Part shown: positions 22,794-33,032 of the stretch, piece by piece
How positions within the stretch are numbered: the first letter of the stretch is position 1
How the letters are laid out: the number at the start of each line of letters is the position of its first letter
Assembly: GCA_963789395.1 (NCBI GenBank)
Contig: CAWBKP010000011.1
Location: forward strand, 128,001-192,000
Origin: an uncultured delta proteobacterium
GTDB taxonomy: Bacteria > Desulfobacterota > Desulfobacteria > Desulfobacterales > Desulfatirhabdiaceae
Direction of reading: 5' to 3'
Length of the DNA stretch: 64,000 nt
Position numbers and translations under genes: made by a program
Notes under the pieces: generated by a model
Databases searched by the model: none
Told to the model about the DNA's origin: nothing
The model's input: only the letters and a program-made list of their open reading frames with translations

Positions 22794-23666
22794 GTGAAAA
22801 CGCATAATATCATCATTATCACCGGGTATTCCGGTTCCGGAAAAAGCACTGCCATTGCGGCTCTCGAAGATGCCGGTTATTACTGTGTCGACAACATGCC
22901 GGTTGCCCTTCTGCCGAAATTTCTGGAACTTCCCATCGAACGTGATTTCAAGATGGCAGGCCTGGCATTTGTCATGGATGTGCGTGAAAAAGGCTTTCTT
23001 GCCAGTCATGCGTCAATATTTGAATCCCTGAAAATCCAGGGCTATGCGTTCAAGATCCTTTTTCTTGAAGCCGAAGAAGAGGTCCTGATCCACCGATACA
23101 GTCAGACAAGGCGGCAACATCCGCTTTCACGGAATAAAAACCTGACAGACAGTATCCGGATGGAGAAAGAACAATTAAAGGATCTGCGAACCGCAGCGGA
23201 TCTGATTATCAACACTTCTTACAGCAATGTTCATGAGCTTAAATCCATGATCCAGAATATTGCACAGAAAAGCGGTGTCTTGTCTTCCATCCACATTACG
23301 GTGTTGTCTTTTGGCTTTAAATTTGGCATACCCAAAGATGCGGATCTGGTAATGGATGTGCGGTTTATTGCCAACCCTTATTATGTGCCGGAGTTAAAAC
23401 CGCTGGATGGCACTTCGCACAGCGTAAAATCCCATGTCCTGGACAATGTCGAATGCCAGGAATTTTTAAGACGGTATCTTGATCTGTTAGCATATCTTAT
23501 CCCTTTGTACGAAAAAGAAGGCAAAGCCTATCTGACCCTTGCAGTGGGATGTACGGGAGGAAGGCACCGGTCCGTGGCCGTTGCCGAAGCGATCAATGAC
23601 CATCTGGAAAATCTTTATCCGTTGAAACATATCGAAGTTCATCACCGGGATATTGCACTGACGTGA
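22794..23666 (+). CDS. rapZ: RNase adapter RapZ
   Basis: TGYSGSGKS, DNMP, SFGFKFG, GCTGGRHRSV. Confidence 0.95.
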   Translation: MKTHNIIIITGYSGSGKSTAIAALEDAGYYCVDNMPVALLPKFLELPIERDFKMAGLAFVMDVREKGFLASHASIFESLKIQGYAFKILFLEAEEEVLIHRYSQTRRQHPLSRNKNLTDSIRMEKEQLKDLRTAADLIINTSYSNVHELKSMIQNIAQKSGVLSSIHITVLSFGFKFGIPKDADLVMDVRFIANPYYVPELKPLDGTSHSVKSHVLDNVECQEFLRRYLDLLAYLIPLYEKEGKAYLTLAVGCTGGRHRSVAVAEAINDHLENLYPLKHIEVHHRDIALT

Positions 23667-23831
23667 ATGTAAAAATTGCTTTATGGCGCCGGTTTCGTGG
23701 CGGATTTCTGCGAAATATTAACCAATTGTCCACTGGACTTTAGATATTCTATGATGAGTGCCTGAACAGACTTTCCGTTCAAACTATCTGCCAGCTTATC
23801 GGGTCCACCATGGTCTTAAACAGGAGTGTTC

Positions 23832-24254
23832 ATGATAGGGATTGTTATTGTAACCCATTGCTGTCTTGGCGATGCCTTAATCGAAGCTGCAGTGTTCATC
23901 CTTGGCAGCCGGCCGGAACAACTGGAGTCCGTTTCCATAGATATCAACGAAGAGGCTGAAAAACTGCGCGCAAAAATTGCCGCAGGCATTAAAAAAGTGG
24001 ACCAGAAAGACGGAATTCTTATCCTTACGGACATGTTTGGCGGGACGCCGTCCAATATCAGTTATTCCTTTCTGGAAGAAGGGCGCATCGAAGTCCTTTC
24101 CGGGGTGAATCTACCTGTCTTGATAAAGGCGCTTCACCTTCGAAAAGATACGGATCTCAGCAAACTGGCCGTTACCCTGGAGACCTCGGGGAAAAAGAGT
24201 ATTTCACTGGCAAGCGGTATATTAAAAGGCAACAAGCCGGGAGAATCATCATAA
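23832..24254 (+). CDS. PTS mannose/fructose-type EIIA component
   Basis: IVIVTH, LTDMFGGTPSN, SGVNLP. Confidence 0.9.
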   Translation: MIGIVIVTHCCLGDALIEAAVFILGSRPEQLESVSIDINEEAEKLRAKIAAGIKKVDQKDGILILTDMFGGTPSNISYSFLEEGRIEVLSGVNLPVLIKALHLRKDTDLSKLAVTLETSGKKSISLASGILKGNKPGESS

Positions 24255-24334
24255 TGTCACCTATCGGACCTGTTTGCTTCCGCTCTGCTGCCAATAGATT
24301 TATATTCTGATAATCTTTTCAAGGAGGTTGTTTT

Positions 24335-25339
24335 ATGAGCATAAAATTAGGGATAAATGGTTTTGGTCGAATTGGAAGAATGGTATTCAGGGCGGCAATG
24401 AACCGTTCCGACGTTGAAGTCGTGGCCATCAACGATCTTACCGATGCCCCAACCATGGCGCATCTTCTGGCATATGATTCGGTTCATGGCAAGCTACCCG
24501 TAGCTGTTACCGGCAAGGAAGGCGCCATTGAAGTCGGTGGGAAATCCATTGCCGTTACCAGCATCAAGGATCCCGCCAAACTGGAATGGAAGGACCTGGG
24601 TGTTGATATCGTAGCAGAATGCACCGGGCTTTTCACGGACAAGGAAAACACCTCCAAACACCTTGCTGCCGGCGCAAAAAAAGTCATTATTTCCGCACCC
24701 GCAAAAAACCCGGACATCACCATTGTTCTCGGGGTTAACAGCAACAGTTACGACCCCCGCAAACACCATATTATCTCCAATGCCTCCTGTACAACCAACT
24801 GTCTGGCCCCGGTAGCCAAAGTGCTGCTGGAACGATTCGGTATCCGCTGCGGGTTGATGACAACCATTCATTCCTATACCGGGGACCAGCGACTGCTCGA
24901 TTTCCCGCACAAAGACCTGCGAAGAGCCAGAGCTGCAGCCCTTTCCATGATTCCGACCACGACAGGCGCCGCCAAGGCGGTTTCGCTGGTGCTTCCGGAA
25001 TTGACCGGCAAATTGAATGGTCTTGCCATCCGGGTTCCGACTCCAAACGTCTCCATCGTGGATATTGTGGCAACCATTGAAAAATCCGGCGTGACTGTTG
25101 CAGACGTCAATGGCGCACTTAAAGAAGCAGCCGAGGGAGCTCTTTCCGGAATTCTGTCCTATTGCGATCTGCCGCTGGTCTCCTCCGATTTCAATGGATC
25201 GCCCTATTCATCCATTGTGGATGCAATCTCGACATTTGTTGTTCAAGACATGGTCAAAGTCATGTCCTGGTATGACAATGAAACCGGATATTCCACGCGA
25301 ATGGTTGACCTTGCCGCCATGATAGGAGAACAGCTCTGA
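24335..25339 (+). CDS. gap: Glyceraldehyde-3-phosphate dehydrogenase, type I
   Basis: GINGFGRIGR, SNASCTTNCLAP, WYDNE. Confidence 0.98.
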   Translation: MSIKLGINGFGRIGRMVFRAAMNRSDVEVVAINDLTDAPTMAHLLAYDSVHGKLPVAVTGKEGAIEVGGKSIAVTSIKDPAKLEWKDLGVDIVAECTGLFTDKENTSKHLAAGAKKVIISAPAKNPDITIVLGVNSNSYDPRKHHIISNASCTTNCLAPVAKVLLERFGIRCGLMTTIHSYTGDQRLLDFPHKDLRRARAAALSMIPTTTGAAKAVSLVLPELTGKLNGLAIRVPTPNVSIVDIVATIEKSGVTVADVNGALKEAAEGALSGILSYCDLPLVSSDFNGSPYSSIVDAISTFVVQDMVKVMSWYDNETGYSTRMVDLAAMIGEQL

Positions 25340-26103
25340 TGAACCCCACCCTTCGCAAGCCGCTTATTGCAGGAAACTGGAAAATGTACAAAACCGTGCG
25401 CGAGGCCGTGGAAACAGCCAGGGAACTGGTTCAGTGCACTGCCGCGGTAAATGTCGATGTGATGATCGCACCTGCCTTCACCGCGCTGGCACCGGTTGCC
25501 GATGTTGTCAGGGGAACATCCGTTTTGCTGGGCGCACAAAACCTTTTCTGGAAAAACGAAGGCGCCTATACCGGTGAAATATCGCCGGTAATGCTTTCCG
25601 ACATCGGCTGCCAATACGCTATCATTGGACATTCCGAACGGCGGCAATTTTTTGGAGAAACCGACGAATCGGTCAATGCCAAAATCCGGTCTGCAATTGA
25701 TCACCAATTGATCCCTGTTTTCTGCGTGGGAGAAACCGAAACACAGCGGGATGCCAAAGAAACATTTTCTGTTCTTGACAAACAGGTCTCAAAGGGTTTA
25801 GAAGGCTTTTCGTCCAAAGCGCTGTCCGGCATAGTTATCGCCTATGAGCCGGTGTGGGCGATCGGCACCGGCAAAACCGCAACCATCGATCAGGTACAGG
25901 AAGTTCATGCATTTCTGCGATCCCTGGTTGAAAAACGCTTTGATAATCTGCTTGCCAAAACCGTAAAAATTCTGTATGGTGGCAGCGTTAAACCTGACAA
26001 TGTTGCGGATATCATGAATATGCCGGATGTCGACGGTGCGCTGGTCGGCGGCGCCAGTCTTTCGGCAAAAGTATTCAACAGCATCATTCATTTTCATCAT
26101 TAA
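25339..26103 (+). CDS. tpiA: Triosephosphate isomerase
   Basis: AGNWKM, GHSERR, AYEPVWAIGTG, YGGSV, LVGGASL. Confidence 0.98.
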   Translation: MNPTLRKPLIAGNWKMYKTVREAVETARELVQCTAAVNVDVMIAPAFTALAPVADVVRGTSVLLGAQNLFWKNEGAYTGEISPVMLSDIGCQYAIIGHSERRQFFGETDESVNAKIRSAIDHQLIPVFCVGETETQRDAKETFSVLDKQVSKGLEGFSSKALSGIVIAYEPVWAIGTGKTATIDQVQEVHAFLRSLVEKRFDNLLAKTVKILYGGSVKPDNVADIMNMPDVDGALVGGASLSAKVFNSIIHFHH

Positions 26104-26123
26104 CCCAAAAAATACGGTAACTC

Positions 26124-26507
26124 ATGTCCGTTTTATTAACATCGATTCATATTATTGTCTGTATCGCACTTATCATGATTGTTCTGCTCCAGACCGGAAA
26201 AGGCGCTGATATGGGCGCGGCTTTCGGCGGTGGATCCAGCCAGACCCTTTTTGGCAGCACCGGTGCTTCAACGTTTTTAAGCAAAGCCACTACTGTAGCC
26301 GCTATTGTTTTCATGATTACCTCGCTCGCGCTGGCCTATATGTCCAGTAACCGATCCGGTAAATCCATCATGACGAACGCGCCGGCTCCGGTATCCGCTC
26401 CCGCAACATCGGAAAGCCAACCGGAAACAAAAACGGACGCAGCACAGAGCGCGCCCCAAACAGCAGCACCTTCACAGCAGCCTCCTGAAAGTGCTCCAAA
26501 AAAATGA
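26124..26507 (+). CDS. secG: Preprotein translocase subunit SecG
   Basis: VLLQTGKGADMGAAFGGG, two TM helices; tpiA-secG-tRNA-Leu order. Confidence 0.95.
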   Translation: MSVLLTSIHIIVCIALIMIVLLQTGKGADMGAAFGGGSSQTLFGSTGASTFLSKATTVAAIVFMITSLALAYMSSNRSGKSIMTNAPAPVSAPATSESQPETKTDAAQSAPQTAAPSQQPPESAPKK

Positions 26508-26568
26508 TTTCCTCAAGGCTGTTTTTGCCGGCAATATGTTTCACTTGGCGAAAACAGCCTTTTTTCCT

Positions 26569-26654
26569 GCCGAAGTGGTGGAATTGGTAGACACACTATC
26601 TTGAGGGGGTAGCGCGTTACGCGCGTGCCGGTTCAAATCCGGCCTTCGGCACCA
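26569..26654 (+). tRNA. tRNA-Leu (anticodon GAG)
   Basis: GCCGAAG...CTTCGGC acceptor stem + ACCA; anticodon loop TTGAGGG; long variable arm; GTTCAAATC T loop. Confidence 0.96.
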
Positions 26655-26664
26655 TAAATCAGTG

Positions 26665-26706
26665 AAAGCCTGTAATTCGAGAGGATTACAGGCTTTTTGT
26701 TTTTTT
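26665..26706 (+). terminator. Rho-independent terminator after tRNA-Leu(GAG)
   Basis: aaagcctgtaat-N8-attacaggcttt followed by a T tract. Confidence 0.85.
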
Positions 26707-26797
26707 CGATTAGGCGGCCTTTGGCAAGATCTGGAGTATTTGTCCGGATTCCTTCAACTCAGCGGATGAGATCCCCAGACAGTCACTAAAATAGAGC

Positions 26798-26850
26798 TTG
26801 CAAAAATATCGTTCTTTGCTTATTTTATCGAAATGACCAAGTGGTCACTT
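26798..26850 (+). promoter_or_regulatory. Putative sigma70 promoter of the mqnE operon with overlapping palindromic operator
   Basis: TTGCAA (26798)-17 nt-TATTTT (26821), then AAATGACCAAGTGGTCACTT (26831-26850, 16/20 palindromic). Confidence 0.55.
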
Positions 26851-26912
26851 TCCAGAAACCAGGTAATCATGTTTTTCATAAATATTTTTTAACTATCTAA
26901 TATCAAGAGGGC

Positions 26913-27035
26913 CTCTTGCAAAACTTCTTCAAATTACCTCTTCCGCATACCGGCGAAAGCTGGTATCCAGTGTATTCAGAGGGTTATGGGCTTCGGTTCT
27001 CACCGGGGCAACAAACGGCGGTACTTTTGCAAGAG
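26913..27035. mobile_element. MITE/REP-like non-autonomous element in the mqnE leader
   Basis: 11-bp terminal inverted repeat CTCTTGCAAAA / TTTTGCAAGAG enclosing hairpin ataccggc-gaaa-gctggtat. Confidence 0.5.
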
Positions 27036-27073
27036 TCTCAAATAAGAATATATTTATCATACAGACACCCACA

Positions 27074-28169
27074 ATGAAGGATCGCTTCAATAGTATTCAG
27101 AACAAGGTGCTCTCGCAGCAGCGACTGGAATTTGAGGACGGCTTGTTTCTCTTTGAAAGCAACGAGATTGCACGCATCGGCCAGCTGGCCGATATCGTTA
27201 GAAAACGGCTCAACGAAAATCGCGCTTATTATGTTTACAACCAGCACATCAACTATACCAATGTCTGCATCAGCCACTGCAGGTTCTGCGCTTATGCCAA
27301 AAATCCGGGAGATACTGGAGCCTATGCCTGGACTGCGTTGGATATCCGGCAGCGCATTTTATCCCGAATTGAAGAACCCATAACAGAACTGCATATTGTC
27401 GGCGGGCTTAACCCGGATCTGCCGTTTTCTTATTACACGGAATTGCTGGAAACGGCCCAGAAAGTCCGATCCAGGGGCCACGCTGAAAGCCTTTACAGCA
27501 GTTGAGCTGGATTTTATGGCCAAAAATTCCGGATATTCTGTTGAAGATGTGATCGGCAGACTGAAAGAATCGGGGCTTGCCATGCTCCCCGGAGGCGGGG
27601 CCGAGGTCATGAGCAGCCGGATTCACAAAACCCTCTTCCCCCGCAAAATCAACGGAAAAAGGTGGCTGGACATCATGGAAACCGCTCACGGAGCCGGGCT
27701 GATGACAAATGCCACCCTGCTCTACGGACATATCGAAACTTATGCGGAACGGCTCTCTCATCTGATGGCGTTACGGGACCTGCAGGACAGGACATCGGGG
27801 TTCTGCGCATTTATCCCCCTCGCCTTTCATTCGGCCAATACCGGCCTTTCCCATCTTCCCGCCACAACGGCTTTTGACGACTTGAAGACCATCGCCATAT
27901 CCAGGCTGATGCTGGACAATTTTGCCCACATAAAGGCCTATTGGGTCATGATCGGCGAAAAACTGGCACAGCTGGCGCTTTCATTCGGCGCCGATGATCT
28001 GGACGGCACCATCATCGAAGAACGCATATCCCATGAAGCTGGCGCAACATCCCCCAAAGGGCTGACGCGCGATCAGCTGGAATATCTCATCACTTCCGCA
28101 GGCTATGAGCCCATGGAAAGAGACGCCTTTTACCGGCCGGTCTCACAAACGTCGCAATCAGCATCCTGA
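27074..28169 (+). CDS. mqnE: Aminofutalosine synthase, radical SAM (frameshift near 27470)
   Basis: NQHINYTNVCISHCRFCAY (CxxxCxxC), KAFTAVE, PGGGAE, HIKAYWVMIG. Confidence 0.85.
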
Positions 28170-28196
28170 CCCTTTGAATTTAACATAGATTTCAAC

Positions 28197-29288
28197 ATGA
28201 GAGAACTGGCCCCAATCCGGGATAAAATTCTGAATCATCGCCGTATTGACGTGGACGATGCGCTGCGCCTGCTGGATCAGGCTGACCTGCTTGACCTGGC
28301 GTTCCTGGCACATGATGTCAGAAAACGGCTGCATCCCGAACCTGTGGTCACCTTCGTGGTGGACCGGAACATCAATTACACCAATGGATGTATATGCGGT
28401 TGCAAGTTCTGCGCCTATTATCGCCCGCCGGATCACCCCGAGGCAGATATCATCACAAAAGAGGTGCTCCGCCGGAAGATTCGGGAAACCCTTGACCTGG
28501 GCGGAACCCAGATCCTGCTGCAAGGCGGGCTCAATCCGCTTCTGGGACTGGATTATTATCTGGATCTTCTGCGTTTTATCAAATTGAATTTCGATATTCA
28601 CATCCATGGACTTTCTCCGCCTGAAATCGCTTTTCTCGCCCGGAACAGCGGCCTTTCTATTGAGGAGACACTGCGCTCCCTGGTGCATGCCGGGCTGGAT
28701 ACCATTCCCGGCGGGGGCGCCGAAATCCTGTCGGATGATATCCGCCAGCGGATATCCCCGAACAAATGCACGGCGGATTCCTGGCTGAACGTCATGGAAC
28801 AGGCACACCGGCTTGGCCTCAAAACCACGGCTACCATGATGTTCGGTCATGTTGAAACCCCCGCGCATATTATCCTGCATCTGATGAAGATCCGCGATCT
28901 ACAGGACCGAACCCGGGGGTTTACAGCGTTCATTCCGTGGACATTTCAGCCAGGCAACACGAATCTTCCTGTGGTCGCCGCTACACCCGTCCACTACCTG
29001 AGAGTGCTTGCCGTATCCCGGCTGGTGCTGGACAATGTCCCCAATATCCAGGCATCCTGGGTGACGCAAGGGGAAAAAATCGCGCAGATGGCTCTGGCTT
29101 TTGGCGCCAATGATCTGGGCAGTACGATGATCGAAGAAAATGTGGTGGCGGCAGCGGGCGTGGATTTCAAGCTGTCTCTATCGGATATGGTCAGAATGAT
29201 CACAGGCGCTGGATACAGCGCGATTCAGCGGGATTGTTATTACAATTCACTGACGGAACACCGGATGACGGAACCAGATGACCGATGA
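28197..29288 (+). CDS. mqnC: Cyclic dehypoxanthinyl futalosine synthase, radical SAM
   Basis: TFVVDRNINYTNGCICGCKFCAY, TATMMFGH, AFIPWTFQP, NIQASWVTQG, GSTMIEENVV. Confidence 0.9.
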   Translation: MRELAPIRDKILNHRRIDVDDALRLLDQADLLDLAFLAHDVRKRLHPEPVVTFVVDRNINYTNGCICGCKFCAYYRPPDHPEADIITKEVLRRKIRETLDLGGTQILLQGGLNPLLGLDYYLDLLRFIKLNFDIHIHGLSPPEIAFLARNSGLSIEETLRSLVHAGLDTIPGGGAEILSDDIRQRISPNKCTADSWLNVMEQAHRLGLKTTATMMFGHVETPAHIILHLMKIRDLQDRTRGFTAFIPWTFQPGNTNLPVVAATPVHYLRVLAVSRLVLDNVPNIQASWVTQGEKIAQMALAFGANDLGSTMIEENVVAAAGVDFKLSLSDMVRMITGAGYSAIQRDCYYNSLTEHRMTEPDDR

Positions 29289-30535
29289 CAGATAAGCGGA
29301 TGACAGCAAAAAGCATTCGAAATGGCAGCCCGGGGTCCGTGATCCACAGAGCCGGCTGGGTGATCATTGACCCGTGGACCATTTACTCCAACGGATTCGT
29401 GCGGGTGGAAAACGGCAGCATCCGGGAAATCGGGCAAGGAACCCCTGCAGGCGTCGATGAGGTCAGGGATTACGGGAGCGGTGTTATTTTTCCGGCCCTG
29501 GTCAATGCCCATACCCATCTTGAGCTTAGCGCTCTCAAAGGGCGCATCTCCACACACAACGGATTCAGCTCCTGGGTCAAGGACTTAATCGAAAAGCGGG
29601 CGCTACTGAGCAATGATACGCTGCGGGAAGCATCAGAAATCGGGATTCGGGAAATCCTTGCATCCGGATGCGGCGCAGTCGGAGAGATATCGAGCCTGGG
29701 ACTGACCCTGGAGTCAGTCCGGAAATCGGGTCTGGCAGGGGTTTGGTTCCAGGAATTTATAGGCGATCTTGATTCAATCCCTGAAAAATTTGAAAATCAA
29801 CCCGGCGACCTGGAAACATCGCTGTCCGGCCATGCCCCCCATACCACATCGCCAAAAGTTCTGGTGGATATTAAGAACCAGACCCGCAGGCAGAACACGC
29901 CGTTTTCCATTCACGTAGCCGAATCAGACGAAGAAATCTCATTTTTGACCACTGCAACCGGCCCGTGGAAGGACTTTCTGCTGTCACGGGGAATCGATTC
30001 AAAATCCTGGGGACTTCCCGTAAAAAGCGCTGTAAAGCACCTGAACACCATCGGCATTCTGGATAACCGGACGATACTGGTGCATGTGCTTCATGCAGAT
30101 CAGACAGACATGGATGCAATCCAAACATCCGGAGCCCATGTCTGCCTCTGCCCGCGAAGCAATCATGTGCTGCATCAACGGCTGCCTGATCTTGAATATA
30201 TGCTGAAGTCAGGCATCAATCTCTGCCTGGGAACAGACAGTCTGGCCAGCGTGAACAGCCTCAGCATGCTGGATGAAATGGCATTTGCCTCCAGATGTTT
30301 TCCCTCGACCCCGCCGGAAAAAATTTTTCAGATGGCGACCCTTGGCGGCGCGGCAGCGCTTGGGCTGATCAACCAAATGGGAACGCTGGCTCCGGGCAAA
30401 CAGGCCAGGCTGGCCTATGGTGATATTCAGGCATCAACGGCATCTCAGGTCGTGGAGGTGCTGGTCAATCACAACAAACCGGATGAAACATCCAGTCCCA
30501 TAGCTGTTTCAACCAAGTCCAAAGGCGGTGTTGCA
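29285..30535 (+). CDS. Amidohydrolase, probable aminodeoxyfutalosine deaminase; runs in-frame into mqnA with no stop
   Basis: LVNAHTHLELS, HAPHT, HVAES, CPRSN, GTDSLAS; mqn context. Confidence 0.75.
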
Positions 30536-31481
30536 ATGACTACTCGGACACTTCAGCGCCCGTTGGCCCTTGGCCGCATCGATTACATGAATGTGGCGCC
30601 GGTCTATTACGGAATAGACAACGGGCTTGACATGCAGGGAGATTACTTTGATCAGCAGCCCGCCAAGCACCCTGAACCAGATGATGATGGACGGGAGCCT
30701 GGATATCAGTCCGGTCTCATCGGCGGCTTATGCCAGAAACGCAGACGATTGGCTGATCCTTCCGGATCTGGCCATTGCCTGCCGCCAGCGGGTCCTCAGT
30801 GTTCTTCTCGTCAGCCGCTGCAACCTGGAGGCACTGACCGGCAGGCGCATCCTGATTACGGATGAATCCGCCAGTGCCAGGGACCTGTGCCGTCTTATCT
30901 TCAGCCTTAGAGGCGTCAGGCCGGAGTTTGTCGTGGGAAAGGTAAGGAGTCCGTCACAGCTGACAAATGATATCGATGCAGCCCTGGTGATCGGGGATTC
31001 GGCCCTGTCGCAGCCATGGGAACTGTTTTTCCCGAACATCTATGATCTGGGAACCCAATGGTGGCACTTGACCGGCCTTCCCTTCGTGTTTGCCGTCTGG
31101 GCTGTCCGGAAAGATTTTGCCCGGGAATACCCGGAAAGGGTGGAAGCAGTCCTTACCCTGCTGAAAACATCCCGCAGGCTCGGCAATGAAAATATGAATC
31201 ACATTGCCGAAAAGGCATGCATCAAACTGAAAATCGATGTTTCAACGGCGCGGCTATACTATGAATCCCTGGAATATGACCTGGCCGATCACGAAAAAAA
31301 AGGCCTTGAGCTGTTCTATAACGGCCTGTATCAGGCTGGAATCACTTCGGATGCCGCACCCCTTTCCTTTTTTGGGGCCGCCGCCTCGAACCCGGCATGG
31401 CGGACCCGGCTTTCTGACGTAGATCCCCCTGCCCGAAGAAGCATCAACCGGGGAATAGCGGGCTGCTGTCCGATGGTATAA
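30536..31481 (+). CDS. mqnA: Chorismate dehydratase (frameshift near 30638)
   Basis: GRIDYMNVAPVYY; then in the shifted frame PPSTLN, DISPVSS, VLSVLL, LVIGDSAL, YDLGTQWWHLTGLPFVFAVW. Confidence 0.88.
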
Positions 31482-32280
31482 GCCCGCTGTCCTGTGCCTT
31501 GGAAAAGAGGGTTTCGATTGCACGGGTACCTTCCGTCCCGATATCCATGGAAAATTCGTTCACATACAGGTTAATATGCTGCTGAATGACGGCCGGCTCC
31601 ATTTCCTGTGCATGCTCTCTGACATAGGGTATTGTCTGATCCGGATGGGCAAAGGCAAAGGCAATGCTGTCGCAAATGGCTTTCTCCACTTTTTTGACGA
31701 TGCTCAGCTCCAGATTTCTGCCGACGGCAATACATCCTAAGGGAACCGGAAGCCCGGTCTGCTGCTCCCACCACACCCCCAGATCCAGAATGCTGACCAG
31801 GCCGTATTCCGGGTAGGTGAACCTGCCTTCATGAATGATCACGCCATAATCAAAGTTACCGTTTGATACTTCCGGCATGATCCGGTCAAATGTCATGGGA
31901 ACCGCCCTGGGCGGTTTGCCCAGATAAAGACCCGTCAGCAAACAGGCGGTGGTGTCCATTCCCGGAACCGCGATCACTGCATCATTCAGAGATGCGATAT
32001 CGCTTCCGGGTCTTGCCACAATCAGCGGCCCGCAACCGCGGCCGAGTGCGGCCCCGCTTTTTAAAAGCCAGTAGTTTGACCTGAGTTTCCCCATGGCCGC
32101 AACGGAGAGCTTTGTGACGTCATAAACGCGATTTCGGGCGGCCTGATTCAGTGTCTCCACATCCGCAAGGGATATCTGAAACGATACATCCGGACATATG
32201 ACACGGCCCTTTGCCAGCCCGTAAAAGCCGAAAGTATCATTGGGACAGGTGGAATAGGCCAGAGATAACCGGGTTGTCAT
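31444..32280 (-). CDS. mqnD: 1,4-dihydroxy-6-naphthoate synthase
   Basis: STCPNDTF, DVETLN, GAALGRGCGPL, IIHEGRFTY, HINLYVN. Confidence 0.93.
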   Translation of the reverse strand: MTTRLSLAYSTCPNDTFGFYGLAKGRVICPDVSFQISLADVETLNQAARNRVYDVTKLSVAAMGKLRSNYWLLKSGAALGRGCGPLIVARPGSDIASLNDAVIAVPGMDTTACLLTGLYLGKPPRAVPMTFDRIMPEVSNGNFDYGVIIHEGRFTYPEYGLVSILDLGVWWEQQTGLPVPLGCIAVGRNLELSIVKKVEKAICDSIAFAFAHPDQTIPYVREHAQEMEPAVIQQHINLYVNEFSMDIGTEGTRAIETLFSKAQDSGLIPSDSSPLFPG

Positions 32281-33031
32281 GGTGCTCCTTGATGAAAAAA
32301 TCTATGATATCCGCTGCGGCCTCCCCTGCCCGTTGGCAAGCAAGCGAAAGGTTCCATTGGGACAAATCCCTTTTCCCCACCATATTGCTGGCGCAACGAA
32401 TTTCCAGAAACGGCAAGTGGTAATAATGGGACAGAAAGGCAGCTGCCGCGCCTTCCATGGACTCCATGCAGGGCGAAAAAACCTTGAACAGAAAATCCGC
32501 CCGTTCCTCTGATCCGGTGACCGTCGATCCGGTTATAAACGGCCCTCTGAATACCCCGATTCCGGTTGAGCCAAAAACCGTCCTCAGCCTAAAAAATGCT
32601 GCCTCGACCACATCCGCGTTCAGGGGATAGTTCGCCTTATACGCCTTGCCGCCGGATTCCATAACGGGAAAAGGCAACTCCATCAAGGGCGCGTGATGCT
32701 CTCCGGTTTCTATTCCAAGGTGAACATCCACCTCGGCCGTGGCCACGGCAATGTCCCCGATGGCCATACCAAACTGCCTGAATCCACCGCCGCAACCTGC
32801 CTGAATCATCAGCAGGGGTCTTCGTATTCCACGCAGGCGGTAATGGCCTGAACCGTGTTGACAATTCCGGGACCGGTTACGACAATGTCTCAGCGGAATC
32901 CCATCTCAACCGGCCGCAATGAACCGATCGGCCGCCGATCATACGACGGAGCGATGGCAATTGATGCGATCCAGAACCCCCTGTATCTCGGGCGCCACCG
33001 CCGCAACAACCAAAATGGAACCATACGCCAT
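32237..33031 (-). CDS. mqnB: Futalosine hydrolase (several frameshifts, ~32820-32945)
   Basis: Start MAYGSILVVAAVAPE at 33031; VTGPGIVN in a shifted frame; AGCGGGF, STVTGS, ESMEGAAAA, EIRCASNMVGKRDLSQW. Confidence 0.83.
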
Positions 33032-33032
33032 T

